This document shows, in pieces, positions 26,574 through 38,870 of a stretch of 64,000 bases of DNA (positions are counted from its first letter, which is position 1; each line of letters starts with the position of its first letter). The position numbers were made by a program, and so were the translations under genes. The DNA lies in NCBI GenBank assembly GCA_026770705.1, contig JANJGN010000010.1, positions 39,742,001 through 39,806,000 on the forward strand, given 5' to 3'. This DNA is from Isurus oxyrinchus. Its lineage: Eukaryota. The notes under the pieces are model-generated. The model did no database searches. It was not told the origin of the DNA and saw only the letters and a program-made list of their open reading frames with translations.

Positions 26574-27500
26574 TTATAATTTCACTTTGGGTGCTTTGAT
26601 GCTCTCCAGCAAACCACACTGCCCACTGCCCCCTGCCACCCCCCACCCCCCACTCCTGCTGGCACCCAGCAGACACCATGTGCACCATCTCCAGATACCC
26701 CAGGCATGGATGCAAGCACGGAAGCGAGACAGACAGTCAAGATAAACAACGCCCTCAACTGTCCATGGCCTAGACCTGTTCATGGACACCTTGGCCAGTC
26801 CCAAAGGTAGACCAATGAGGAGGTCCTCTAATCTGGCTGCCAACCCCAATCCCTTCGTGTGCACTGCATGGCCAAGATCACAAGTGTGGGACTAAAGTGC
26901 AACCAAATACTGAGAAACAGCCCCTTTGGATAATGAAAAACCTCTGCCCTCAACATAAACATGGAACACAGATTTCAGAAGGCTGCAGAAAACATGGGCA
27001 GCCTGGGAATTTGTGAACCAATTTAACTTTCTATTGCATGGGACTGTCACATGCAACATCCTCCATACCAAATCCCTGGTGTGCAGAGGGAGACTCCATT
27101 GAGAGTACCTTCCCCGGGGCTCTGCCTCCTCTGGAAGGCAGAATGGAATACTACATGGAATGTCTGGACAGCTGACAAGAGGGAGGAAGTAGAGGTTGTG
27201 CAGTAACAGCCTGTACAGTAAACCCCTCTGAAAGATGGCTTAGATTGTGGGACTAAGGCTCCTGAGGGAGGTTTTGTCTGGGCCAGTGAGAAATTCTGTC
27301 TGAGCAGGGGTCAATTTGGACAGAAGCGCTCCACAAGCCAGTGCCACCTCGACATCATAATTGCAGTTGGGGCCGAGCGCCATGATTTTGAGGCTCTGGA
27401 TGGGTTTGGCTACAAGCTCCACATCGACTGACTCACATGACACAGGTACGTCTGGCGACATCCAGCCTGCTCCTCCACCATCCAGTATGTCCTAACTCTG
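26574..27500 (-). mobile_element. Tx1/L1-type LINE 3' remnant
   Basis: LEDLLIGLPLGLAKVSMNRSR..FR..W..W resembles a Tx1 ORF2 C-terminus. Confidence 0.55.
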
Positions 27501-28031
27501 GTCACCTTGCAGCCCAAGCCACATGAATCTGCTTTAATGCAGGTGGCATATGAGACCCAATTGGCACCATTTTGGAGCAGCCTCTCCCGCTACCTGTGAC
27601 TCTCTCCCACTCCGAAGTCTCATCCACTCACCCAGACTCTCCCATTCACCACTTTCCTGCCCAACACTCTCACTTGCCACTTCCCTGCCTGACTCTCCCA
27701 CTCACAGCCCCTCTTGCACCCTTCCTCCCTCTTGCGACCTCTCTCGAGTTCTCGCTTACAGGATGTGGGAGGCTCAGCTTACGGGGAGTCAACTTGCACA
27801 AGGGAGTTAGCCTGTGTGAGGCCAGTAGAAAAAGCTAGTCTATTTCATATTTTAAAATGTATTTGAAAAAAGTTATTTCATTTTCAAATGTAGGAATTTG
27901 GGAAAGTACTGAACAGTATTTCAGCTTAGAGTATAATGTTTTAATGTTCCTTTCTGACAACAATAGTCCAACAGAACCTGACTGCAGTTTTTACATTGGT
28001 TGCTATAGGAAAATCTTATTCACTTGAAGTT

Positions 28032-31000
28032 TGTATTTTTTTGAAAAATATACTTTCTTCATAAAATATCTGGAAGAACATTACAAAACATTTCTAAATC
28101 GCCATCACAAAAAGTACAATCAGATTCAACTTTTACACAAGGATCACCAGGTGCTTCAATACAATCAATGAATATTACAATCATTTCAATATGGTCATTA
28201 CAGAAAATCAGACAACTCCAATACCATTGCACTATCAACATACATCATGTTGCACTCTGAGGTGCTTCAATACAATTATAATGTATTCAATGCATACATA
28301 TTCATTAGTATTTAATGCATATATTCATTGTGAGCCGTACAGCCTCAGGGGTCTATATCATTCCCAGCCCCTCCGTGCACTATGGCTGAAAGGTCTTAGA
28401 CAGCAACCTTTCCCCTTTGCACTGTTGTGGCGGCTGCCCCAAGCTTTAATGCGTCCCTCAGCACGTAGTCCTGGACTTTGGAATGTGCCAGTTTGCAACA
28501 CTCGATCAGGGACAACTCTTTGCACTGGAAGACCAACAAGTTTCAGGCAGACCAAAGAGCGTCTTTCACCGAGTTGATAATTCTCCAGCTGCAGTTGATG
28601 TTTGTCTCAGTGTGTGTCGCTGGGAACAGCCCGTAGAGCACAGAGTCCTGTGTCACAGAACTGCTCAGAAGAACCTCGACAGAAGCCACTGAATCTCTCT
28701 CCAGACCTTCTTTGCAAAGGCACAATCCACAAGGAGGTGAACAATGGTCTCATCGCCACCACAGCCACCTCAAGGGCAATGTGCAGAGGGGGTGAGACCT
28801 CAGAAGGGTCAGAAGGGTCTGACGAAGAGGGCCTTTCTCAGCACCAGCCACCCTACACCTTGGTGCTTGTTGGAAAGTTCTGGCGATGAGGTATTCTGCC
28901 AAATGACTTTGACAGTCTGTTTGGGGAACCATCCCACAGGATCTACCCTCTCCTTTTCCCGCAGGGCCTCTAAGACGTTACGTGCCAACCACTGCCTGAT
29001 GGACTTGTAGTCAAAGGTATTTCTCCGCATAAATTTTTCCATGAGGGACAAGTGGTACAGCACGGTCCAACTACTTGGAGCATTTCGCAGCAGCGTGGCC
29101 AGAGCCATCCTTCACAACTCCGGGGACAGGTAGAACTTCAGCACGTAGTGACACCTGGTGTTTGCGTACCGAGGGTCTACGCACAGCTTGACGCAGCTGC
29201 ACAAAGGCAGCCATGAGGGCGATGTTGGGCAAATTTTCCCCCCTTGTCTAGAGGCTTGTACATCATGTCCCTGCGGAGACGATCCATTTTCGACCTCCAG
29301 ATAAAGTGAAAGATGGCTTGGGTGATCACCATCGCGCAGGAGTGTGGAATGGGCCAGACCTGCGCCACGTACAGCAACAGTGAAAGTACCTCACGCCTGA
29401 TGACCAGGTTCCTACCCACGATGGAGAGGGAGCTCCCACATGCCCAGTTTTCTTTTCATCATAGACACTCACTCCTTCCACTTTCTAATGCATGCTCCAG
29501 TCCCTCAAAACCATATTCCCAGCACCTTCAGGCCGTCAGCCCTGACGGTGAAGGGGACAAAGGATCAGTCAGCCCAGTTCCCAAAGAACTGGTCACAGAC
29601 GTGGATCAGTCTGCGCACCGACAGAGGATCCGAGCAGAAGATGGCAACATTGTCCATGTACAGGGAGGCTTTGACCTGAGTACCTCCACTGCCTGGGATT
29701 GTCACTCCTCTTATGCCCGGATCCTTCCTGGTGGACTCAGCAAAAGGTTCTATGCAACACAAAAACAGGACAGGGGTGAGAGGGCAGATTTAATAGGAAA
29801 GCTATCTGATTCCCACCCATTGATTGAGACTGTGCTACTGATATTAGTGTAGAGCAGTTGGATCCAGTTGTGGATTCCCTCCCCAAACCCCATTTTGGAG
29901 AGCACATCCATCATGTAGGTGTGCAATATTCTGTCAATGGCCTTCTCCTGATCCAGGCTGATGAGGCAGGTGTCCACACCCCTGTCCTGTACATAGGCAA
30001 TCGTATCCCTGAGCAGCGCGAGGCTGTCAGAAATCTTCCTGCCGGGCACAGCGCAGGTCTGGTCAGGGTGGGTCACCAATTCCAAAGCGGACTTGACCCG
30101 AATGGCAATGACTTTGGACAGAATCTTATAGTCCACATTCAATAGTGAAATGGGTCGCCAATTTCTAATTTCCTCCCTTTTCCCCCTTGTGCTTGTAGAT
30201 GAGGGCAATGATGCCTTTCCTCATGGATTCCGACATGCTACCGGCCAGAAGCATACTCTCGTACACTTCTAGCAGGTCTGGGCCGATCCAATCCCACAGA
30301 GCTGAATACAACTCAGCCGGTAAGCCATCGCTTCCGGGAGTCTTACTCTTCTCGAAGGACTCAAAGGCCTTAGTCAGGTCGTCAGGAGTTTGTGGTTTCT
30401 CCAGGCTCTCCCATGTACTGTCGTCGAAGATCTCCGTGATAGAGGACAGTAAGGACTGGGAGGCCGTGCTGTCTATGGGCTTCACGTCATACAATCCGGC
30501 ATAAAAAGGATTTGCTGATCCTCAAAAATATCGGACTGCGATGACTTTATTGAGCCGTCTTCTTCCTTCAGGCTGCTGATCACAGAGCTCTCTCTGTGTA
30601 TGTTTTGGAAGCAGAAACAAGAGCACATCTCATCCTGCTCCACGGAGCGGACTCTGGACTGGAAGATGATCTTGGAGGCCTCCGAGGCAAACAGCAAGGC
30701 TTGTTGGCTCTCCACCTCTTGGAGGTCCTCCTTGATATTGACCCCCATCAACTGCAGCTGGAGCAGATTCTGCCTGTTTTTCTGGAGTTGGGATATTTCC
30801 CTTTGTTCCTTTCTAGCTTTCTGGATGCCTTTGAGGATGAAAAACCTCTTGACGTTTCCCTTGATCGCTTCCCACCAGTGTGTTAGGGACTCAAAGAGGG
30901 GTTTCACGGTTCTCCAAACTTTGTAATCCCTCGAGCTCCTCAATGTTCTCTGGGGTCAGCAGTTGCACGTTCAGCTTCCAAGCCCCCCTGCCAACCCTCT

Positions 31001-31573
31001 GGTCTTCCTGTAAGCAACAGTCAGCCAGCAACAGGCAGTGGTCAGAGCAGAACACCGGCTTGATGTCGGTGGATCTGACTGTGAACGTATGGGACACAAA
31101 CAGGAAGTCTACAGTGGAATGGATGGACCTGTTTGGCTGCGACCAGGTGTATCTACGCTGCGCTGGGTTGCTGAAGACATCATGCAGCTTGGTATCCTTA
31201 ACTGTTTCCATCAGGGATCTGGACGTAGCATCCAATCTGTCAGCCCTGCCGCATCGTCCAGCCACATCGATGATGCAGTTGAAGTCACCGCCCAGAATGA
31301 GCGGCCTGGAGGTTGCCAGCAGCAGTGGGAGCTGCTGAAAGACCGCCAGCTGCTCCCCCTTTTGTGCTGGGGCGGACACATTAATTAACCGGAGTGGAGC
31401 ATTATTGTACATTACGTCTGCTATGAGGAGGCGCCCGCCCACCACCTCCTTAACCTCGTAGACGATGAAGTTGCCTCCCCGCAGCAGAATACCTAGGCCG
31501 GAGGAACGTGAGTCGTTTCCTCCTGACCAGATCGATGGTCCATGGGACCACCATTGTGACCACTGCCTGTAGG
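28032..31573 (-). mobile_element. Tx1-clade LINE, 5'-truncated ORF2 (APE endonuclease + RT), decayed
   Basis: GGDFNC, SDHC, TPGSDGLPAELY, NWRPISLLNVDYKILSK, LDQEKA, LYMDN. Poly-A at the left end; 9-bp TSD CTTGAAGTT at 28023-28031 and 31574-31582. Confidence 0.92.
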
Positions 31574-32344
31574 CTTGAAGTTGTTTCACTTAAAGTTGCA
31601 CTTTTCAGGAATGCATCTACAACTTTGAGAGGAATTACTGTATATCCACAATGCCACAACACTTCTTACTGCACTGCCTGTTTACCAAACTGTAATTTTT
31701 GGAACTCTGGGAACCACTAGACATAACACAATTAAATTAAATACCCACTTAATATGTAGGAGGGCATCAGTTATTTTCAATATTCATTCACAGGCTGTAA
31801 GTGTCACCAACAAGGCAAGTATTCATTGCCTTGATGTGTTGGTGGTGGGTCGTCTTATTGAACTACTACAAGCAGTTCAATACAACTTAATGGCTTAGGC
31901 CACTTCAGATGGCACTTACAGGACTCACATTGGGACAGGATTTCTTCACTGAAGGTTTCGTTGAGTATTTTTATGACAACATTCATGGTCATTTTTGACC
32001 ATACTGGCTTTTTTATTACAATTTTTTAAAAAAACTACTGAACTTATTTTGTTTGAAACTAAAAAATGGCACCACAGCAAGACAATGGGCGGGGCTGGAC
32101 TCGTAGAACATGATATGATATCCTAAACGTTTCCACAGAAATAGACATATTGTTAATCACAAGGACTCACTATAGCATACACATGCGAACGTTCTAAAAC
32201 TGCTTGTTTAATATATTCAGTTCCCGAGAAGAATTATATGGAAAATACTTCTGGTGGGGTTTAAGACTCCATTTTATCAATCAGGTTTTCTATTTTAATA
32301 ACACAATTTACACGGGACAACTCAGCAGCGGTCAGTTTATTTAC

Positions 32345-32456
32345 CTGTCGGAGAGCCACACCACACCGTGAGCAGAGCCCATACCAGGAATGAGCGCCCC
32401 CCAGCCCAAACCCTTGACTGACGATGGTTTACTTCGAGCATATTTGCTGCAGCCAT
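32345..32456 (-). CDS. B7-H6/NCR3LG1-like gene A, exon 1 (leader/signal peptide)
   Basis: Hand translation MAAANMLEVNHRQSRVWAGGRSFLVWALLTVWCGSPT + 1 nt, then donor AG|GTAAAT. 112 nt gives phase 1 and joins the V exon in frame (G+AA = Glu). Hydrophobic core SFLVWALLTVWC; CpG-rich context with an adjacent ISRE. Confidence 0.75.
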
Positions 32457-32482
32457 TTCGCGAAATAAGAAAAGACAACTTT

Positions 32483-32494
32483 ACTTTCGATTTC
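32483..32494 (-). promoter_or_regulatory. ISRE / IRF-binding element
   Basis: Minus-strand GAAATCGAAAGT fits GAAANNGAAA; about 27 bp upstream of the exon 1 ATG. Confidence 0.6.
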
Positions 32495-32508
32495 GCATTC
32501 TTAGTGAT

Positions 32509-32514
32509 CACGTG
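32509..32514. promoter_or_regulatory. CACGTG E-box (USF/MYC/MiT type)
   Basis: TGATCACGTGGTCA, about 15 bp from the ISRE in the CpG-rich proximal promoter. Confidence 0.4.
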
Positions 32515-32619
32515 GTCAATTAGAAGACCTGCTGCAACATTTCCGCACTGCTTATATGTTTCAATACTGTCGCCTCTTCGACATGTTCTTGATAAGTCAG
32601 TTCAACAAAGATGTTTCGG

Positions 32620-33340
32620 GTAAAAGCAAAATACTGCGCATGCTGGAAATCTGAAACAAAAATAACAGAAGCATGTTTTTCCTTGGTAAAGATGTTTCAG
32701 GGACTGAGGCTTTGTGAAGTCCTTACACAACTCCCATACTTGATTAAAAAGCAAAATACTGCGGATGCTGGAAATCTGGAACAAAAACAAAAATACCTGG
32801 AAAAACTCAGGTCTGACAGCGTCTGTGGAGAGGGATACAGTTGACGTTTCGAGTCCGTATGACTCTTCATCAGAACTAAGAAATTATATGAAATAGCTGG
32901 TAGAAGGCGGTGGGACAGGTAGAGCTCGATAGGAGGCCAGCAATAGGTGGAGGCCAAGAAGAGACTGCCAAAGATGTCATAGGCAAAAGGACAAAGGGGT
33001 GTTGATGGTGGCGATATTATCTAAAAGATGGGGACGTTAAGGGAAGCAAGCTAGTGGCAGATGGCCCCAGTGCAGGTGGAGTGGGGGGAAGGAATCAAAT
33101 TGGGCTAAAAGGTGGATATGAAACAATAGATCAAAATAAATTTAAAAATAGGAGGGAAAAAAATATAGTGTGTATAAATTATTGAAAAAGGGAAATCGGA
33201 AAGGGAGTGGGGATAGAAGAGAGAGTTCATGATCTGAAACTGTTGAATTCAATATTAAGTCTGGTAGGCTGCAAAGTATCCCTCTCCGCAGGTGCTGTCA
33301 GACCTGCTGAGTTTTTCCAAGTATTTATGTTTTTGTTCCC
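32620..33340 (-). mobile_element. Penelope-like element 3' end
   Basis: Shares AAAACTCAG..GTCTGACAGC and GTTGAATTCAATATT sequence with the GIY-YIG-bearing copy at 56209-57504. Confidence 0.75.
32839..32877 (-). ncRNA. Minimal type I hammerhead ribozyme (Penelope-associated)
   Basis: agtt CTGATGA A GAGTC atacg GACTC GAAAC GTC aact: intact core, stem I AGTT/AACT, 5-bp stem II, palindromic ACGT stem III, GUC cleavage triplet. Confidence 0.7.
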
Positions 33341-34054
33341 ATACCTGACCTCGTCCACATGCCAAAACCAACTTGTGGAGGGAGCCACAAATGATCCGAA
33401 TGACCTAACACTGGACTTCCATTTACCACCATGAAATCAATCATTTTTCTTGTCTGCTAATCATAATCAAGTCCATTTTTAAGACATTTGTTTGAACGGG
33501 TTTGTGTGTCAGCATAAGAATCAGAATCATTGAAGAACAAAACTGATCAGTATAAATTGCTGAGTTGTTGCAGGCAGCTGAGGGAGGTACTGTGAAATTG
33601 ATGAAAAAGCTGTTGAACAAATTTATTTTCGAAGAGCATGTGCCTGAAAACTGGGGAAAGCTAATAAATATTATAATCTTAAAAGGAGACAAGAGTAAAC
33701 ACAGCAATTACAGAATAATCAATTTAAGAAAAGCCTTTGGCAACAAAGGTGGAAAAGATACACTGAAATGAGACTACATGAAGAAAAAAGCTGTTTTTAG
33801 ACCAGGGTGAAATATGATAGATCAACTGTTTATCAAACAGATTTTGCAGAAATTTATAGAATGCAATGTTCATTATTTCAACAACTTCATAGATTTTAAG
33901 CAACAACAACATAGCACCTTTAACTGAATAAAACACCCCAATTTGCTTCACAGGAGTACTATCAAACAAAGTCTGACACAACTACATAAGGAGGCTTAGA
34001 CGTAAAAATTGAAACAAGGGTTTTAAGTGGTGTCTTAAAGGAGGCCTTACATGG

Positions 34055-34429
34055 TGTAAGGTGATAAGAGATAAGGAATGCCCTAAGGATGTATGGTCAG
34101 GCTGATAGAAAATGTATGTAACAAGTCACTGAATCTTCTCAGCATGTATATAATTGTAAAGGAACTGTTTATGTCAAGCGTTCACAAGCTGAGGTGTGAG
34201 TAGCTTCTTCTTTGGGAGGTATGTAGATGAAATTGCCCAGTGATGGTTTTGAAGTATGATGCAAATAATTAACCATTTTCTTATCTAATTTTTAAAAACT
34301 CATTTTTTAATTGTGTTTTACGCATTTGTGCACCTGTAAAAGAAATAAAAGGTTAGAATATTTCTCGCTAGACATTAGATCTGCCTGTTGTATTTTTTCC
34401 GAAGTGTAAGGGAAACAGCCTGGCTCACA
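34055..34429 (+). mobile_element. Possible short solo LTR
   Basis: TGTAAGG...GCTCACA with AATAAA near 34344; no convincing TSD. Confidence 0.3.
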
Positions 34430-34699
34430 GTCGGGCTGACAGCTTTGTGTCTGTCCCACTGATCATCAGTGAACCCTTAGCTTGTTCTATGAGTTTCTTT
34501 GAGCAGGCCGGAGGTCTCAACAGAGGACCTGTCCTCTTCCAAACTACTTGGAACTGGCAAGGCTACCTGAAGCACCACATCATCGAGAAGGAGAAGACCA
34601 TCACTCATATTTATCTGGTCATTTGCCCGGAGAAGCGAGACCTCTAAACACTGGCACTTTTCTGGGAACACAAGACTTGCAGGGTTCAGAAGGGCAAAA

Positions 34700-35350
34700 T
34701 CTAAGTGCGGGGGCCTCCAGCATATATTGCCCATTCCTAGTCACTCTTGAGAAGGTGGTGGTGACCTGCTTTCTTCAACTGCTCCAGTCCATGTGGTGTA
34801 GATACACCCACAATGCTGTTCAGAAGGGAGTTCCAGGATTTTGACCCAGTGACAGTGAAGAAACGGCAATATATTTCCAAGTCAGAGTGGTGAGTGATTT
34901 GGAGGGGAGCTTCCAGGTGCTGGTGTTCCCATCTATCTGCTGCCCTTGTCCTTCTAGATGGTAATGGTTGCAGGTTTGGAAGGTGCTGTCAAAGGAGCCT
35001 TGGTGAATTCCTGCAGTACATCTTGTAGATGGTACATACTGCTGGCATTCTATGTTGGTGATGGAGGGAGTGAATGTTTGTGGACAGGGTGCCAACTGCT
35101 TTGTCCTGGATGGTGTCAAGCTTCTTGAGTGTTATGGGAGCTGCACTCGTCCAGGCAAGAGGAGAGTATTCCATCATACTCCTGACTTGTGCCTTGTAGA
35201 TAGTGGCCAGGCTTTGAGGAGTCAGGAGCTGAGTTACTCGTCACATGATTTCCTTCCCTAATGGACATTAGTGAACCAGTTGGGCTTTTATGACAATCGA
35301 CAATGGTTTCACATTTGCCACTAAACTTTTAATTCCAAATTTTTATTGGA
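34700..35350 (-). mobile_element. CR1-clade LINE 3' end
   Basis: MEYSPLAW..LKKLDTIQDKA..SLHHQHR..IYKMYC. Confidence 0.8.
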
Positions 35351-38069
35351 TACAAATTCATCTCAACTTTATGTAACAGCTAAAGAAGGCTAAAGGTATT
35401 TTGGTTAAAAATGAAAGTGAGACCAAAATGTGGTTTGGTGATAAAGGTCGCACCATCATCAGGATTCAGCATCCTGCCCATTGCAATTGCTTCAATGGCA
35501 TATGTTGTTGGCAGAAGAGAGTACTAAATATGGCAAAATCTCTGGATAATTAGTTAGCTGTGAGACAGGACCATTGAGAAATATAAAGATATAACATTGG
35601 ATGCAAGACTATTACCTGACCATTCATTCTGAATCAGAGAAAGATTTTCTGTTTAAATAAACCATCTGCAATCTGGACTGCACATTGAGAATTTTTATTT
35701 GGAGTTGAACGAAAATCAGACTTTTTTTACACTCGACATCCAGTGGGGTAAAAGCTTTATTCTAGTCTGCATTCATATCAGCTTCCTGAGCATGATGGAT
35801 GCTTTCACAATACTCTAAGCATCAGGTCCACTGTCTGCTGACAGCATCCCAAGTCCAGATAAGATTATTAAGTCCAGGTGCAGCCTTTTATAAAGTTAAG
35901 ACCTGTGGAGGCAGGAGCCCTGGTAGCTCGACAGGGAACATTGAATCCTGCTCCAAAGAGTTCTGGCCAATCAGAGGCTGGTAGTTTTCCATTACTGGCA
36001 GCGCAATCAGGAGTGGCCACTGCTGCTGCTAAATTTACTTGAGCCTTCATCAAGGTTCATTATTGGATCCCTGGAGAAATTTAAGTGACGGTGGAATGGG
36101 GGTCGCAGGGTGGGGTCGCCGGCAAGGGGAGTTGGGTGTGGTCAGAGGAAAGGGCAAGGGGGTGGCTGGCAAGAGGCACCCCACTTCCCAAAGCCAGGAC
36201 CCTCGATCAGGCACTGAGTGTCTCTGAACGAGGGACTGAGCCTCCTCCACAAGGCTTTTGGTGAGTTTACTTATTGGCCTCCCTTGCATGGCGAGACCCT
36301 GCTCACTGTTGGCTTTAATTGGGGAGAGGCAGAAGGCTCTCCAACCTGCACCCTCCAACTCGATCAAACAGCACCTCTAGGCTCGGAACAAACCTCGGTG
36401 GGGAGGGTGTGGAGGGAGGTGGGAGTCAAATTTTGCACATTAACTCTGTTTCTCTGCACAGATGCTGGTTGAGATAATGTGTGTTTCCAGCATTTTCCGT
36501 TTTTACTTCAGATTTCCAGCACCTGCAGTATTTTGCTTTGGATTTATATCGTGGCTGTAATGTAATAAAACATCTCAGGACACTTCACAGGGACAGATGA
36601 ATGGAGTTTGAGGCCAGGACTGAAGACAATGGATTTAGTTTTCCCAACATTCAAGTGGAGCAAATTTCTGCTCTGCCTCGAGAACCAGAGGTACAGAATT
36701 AAGATAATTGGCAAAAGAAGCAATGGCAAAATAAAGGAAAACATTTTCACGCAGTGATTGGTTAGGACCTGGATTGAAATGTCTGAGAGTGTGATGGAGG
36801 CAGAGTCAACTAAGATTTTCAAAAGAAGATCGGATCATTATCTGAAAAGAAAAAATTTTGCAGAAGTGGCAGTTGGTGAATTGCACCTTCAGAGGGCCAG
36901 CACAGATATGATGGACTGAATGGCCTCCTTCTGTGTTATCACCTTTCTACATTTCTATGATTCTATTTAATGCACAGAATATATTTTACATTTACAAAGC
37001 TGGTCAACACCTCTCTACCTTTTAAACAGTGATAGGATTTCAGGTTGATTATTAGTCGATTCTCAGGGTAAAGAAAAGGCCAAATATGTGACCATTTAGA
37101 ACAGACTAAAACGTAAAAGTTTCCACATTGAAATTCAGTATTGCTTTAACAACTCTTGCATGTAATAACCTAAGAATGATTTCCTTCAGAAAAATTAGCT
37201 CAGCCAACTGAGTGACTGAGCTGATTTACAGAGTTAATACTGATTTGCGAGAACCGCCTAGTTCCCATTTGATGTTGTCCTGAAATATCACTAAGAAAAA
37301 AGGCAGAAGTTGCATACAGGAACAACCCTTAAAGGGCTACAATCCAAACTTAAACAGATACAGCCATTTAAAGGACATGAATGTAATGTACAATGTGATC
37401 TTTTGCTACCAAAATGGAACGATGCGCCTTTAAGGATGCATCCACACTATAATTGTAATGTTGCAGCACATTGTTTCAACTGATCCTGTGTTGACCTAGG
37501 CAAATATAGGGAACGCATTTAGTGCTAAAAGGTAATGGAGAAATTGAATTATATGCCTAGGCCTAAGAGAAAAATACTGCAGCCTTGAGAACAATGCCAT
37601 CTTCTCTGACCACAGTTGTAGGATGAGCCCTGAGACATTCCAGTTTGTTCTTTCTCATGCTGAATGTAATCAGGATTGTGATAAGTATTTGCGTAAGCAC
37701 CACATCTGCTGTGCTGGGAATGGAAATTTACTGAAATATGGATTGGTCAGTTAACTTATGCAAATAAGTGGATAGGTTTGTGCAAAATTTACTGACTGGC
37801 TGTAAAAATGAAAAAATGGTACAGTAGCTCTCATTGTATTATCTCCCTTATGCACAAGTAATAAATGGGGTTTCTATGCATTAATGATGCCTTGTTGTGA
37901 TTAATCTCTGACAATCCAACTACCCTGACATTAGAGCAAAGAAGTAGATTCACACTGCTTCACTTCAAATTCAATTTGTCTCTTGACAACCAATTTACTC
38001 TTCACGGAATTGCTTTTGAGTACCTTCACCTTGCCATCAAAACCTCCCAGCAGAGGAAAGAGTGCTAAC

Positions 38070-38870
38070 TATAGAACCATAGAAAAGTTACATCACAGAA
38101 GGAGGCCATTCGGCCTATCTTGTCCATGCCAGCCCAAGGACACCCAGGTGCCCTTTTTAATCCCACCTTCCTGCATCTGTCCCAGAGCCCTGCAGCTTAC
38201 AGCACTTAAGATGCAGATTCAGGTACTTTTTAAAAGAGTTTAGAGATTCTGTCTCTACCTCCAACTTGGGCAGTGAATTACAGACACTCACTACCCTCTG
38301 CGTAAAAAGGTTCTTCCTCATGTCCCCCCTACACCTTCTGCCACTTATCTTGAATCTATGTCCCCTGGTTCTAGAATTCGCCACCAAGGGAAACAATTTT
38401 ATCCTGTCCACTCTATCTATTCCCCTCATAATTTTGTACACCTCAATCAAGTCACCTCTCAGCCTTCTTTTGCCAAGGAAAATAACCCCAACCTATCCAA
38501 TCTCTCCTAATAGCTACACTTTTCTAACCCTGGCAACATTCTTGTAAACCTCCTCTGCACTCTCTCCAGAGCTATTACGTCCTTCCTGTAATGTGGTGAC
38601 CAGAACTGCACACAGTACTCCAGTTATGGCTTCACTAGTGTTTTATAAAAGTCTGACATTATATCCTTACTTTTATATTCTATACCTCTGCCAATGAAGG
38701 AGAGCATTCCACATGCCTTCTTTACAACACTGTCTACTTGAAATGCTGCCTTCAGGGACCTGTGCACTTGTACGCCAAGATCTCTCACTTCATCTACCCC
38801 GCTTAGTATGTTCCCATCTATTGTGTAATTCCTGTAACTGTTTGACCTCCCTAAATGCATTACCTCACAC
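38070..38870 (-). mobile_element. HER1-like CR1 3' end
   Basis: IEVYKIMRGIDRVD..RTRGHRFK..FTQRVV..NSLP. Confidence 0.85.

Larger units (their letters stand above)
33545..35510 (+). mobile_element. Old RTE-like RT remnants, interrupted by younger elements
   Basis: LQAAEGGTVKLMKKLLN..VPENW..KGDKSKHSNYRII at 33565; HQDSASCPL (HQGSxLSP-like) near 35457. Confidence 0.5.
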
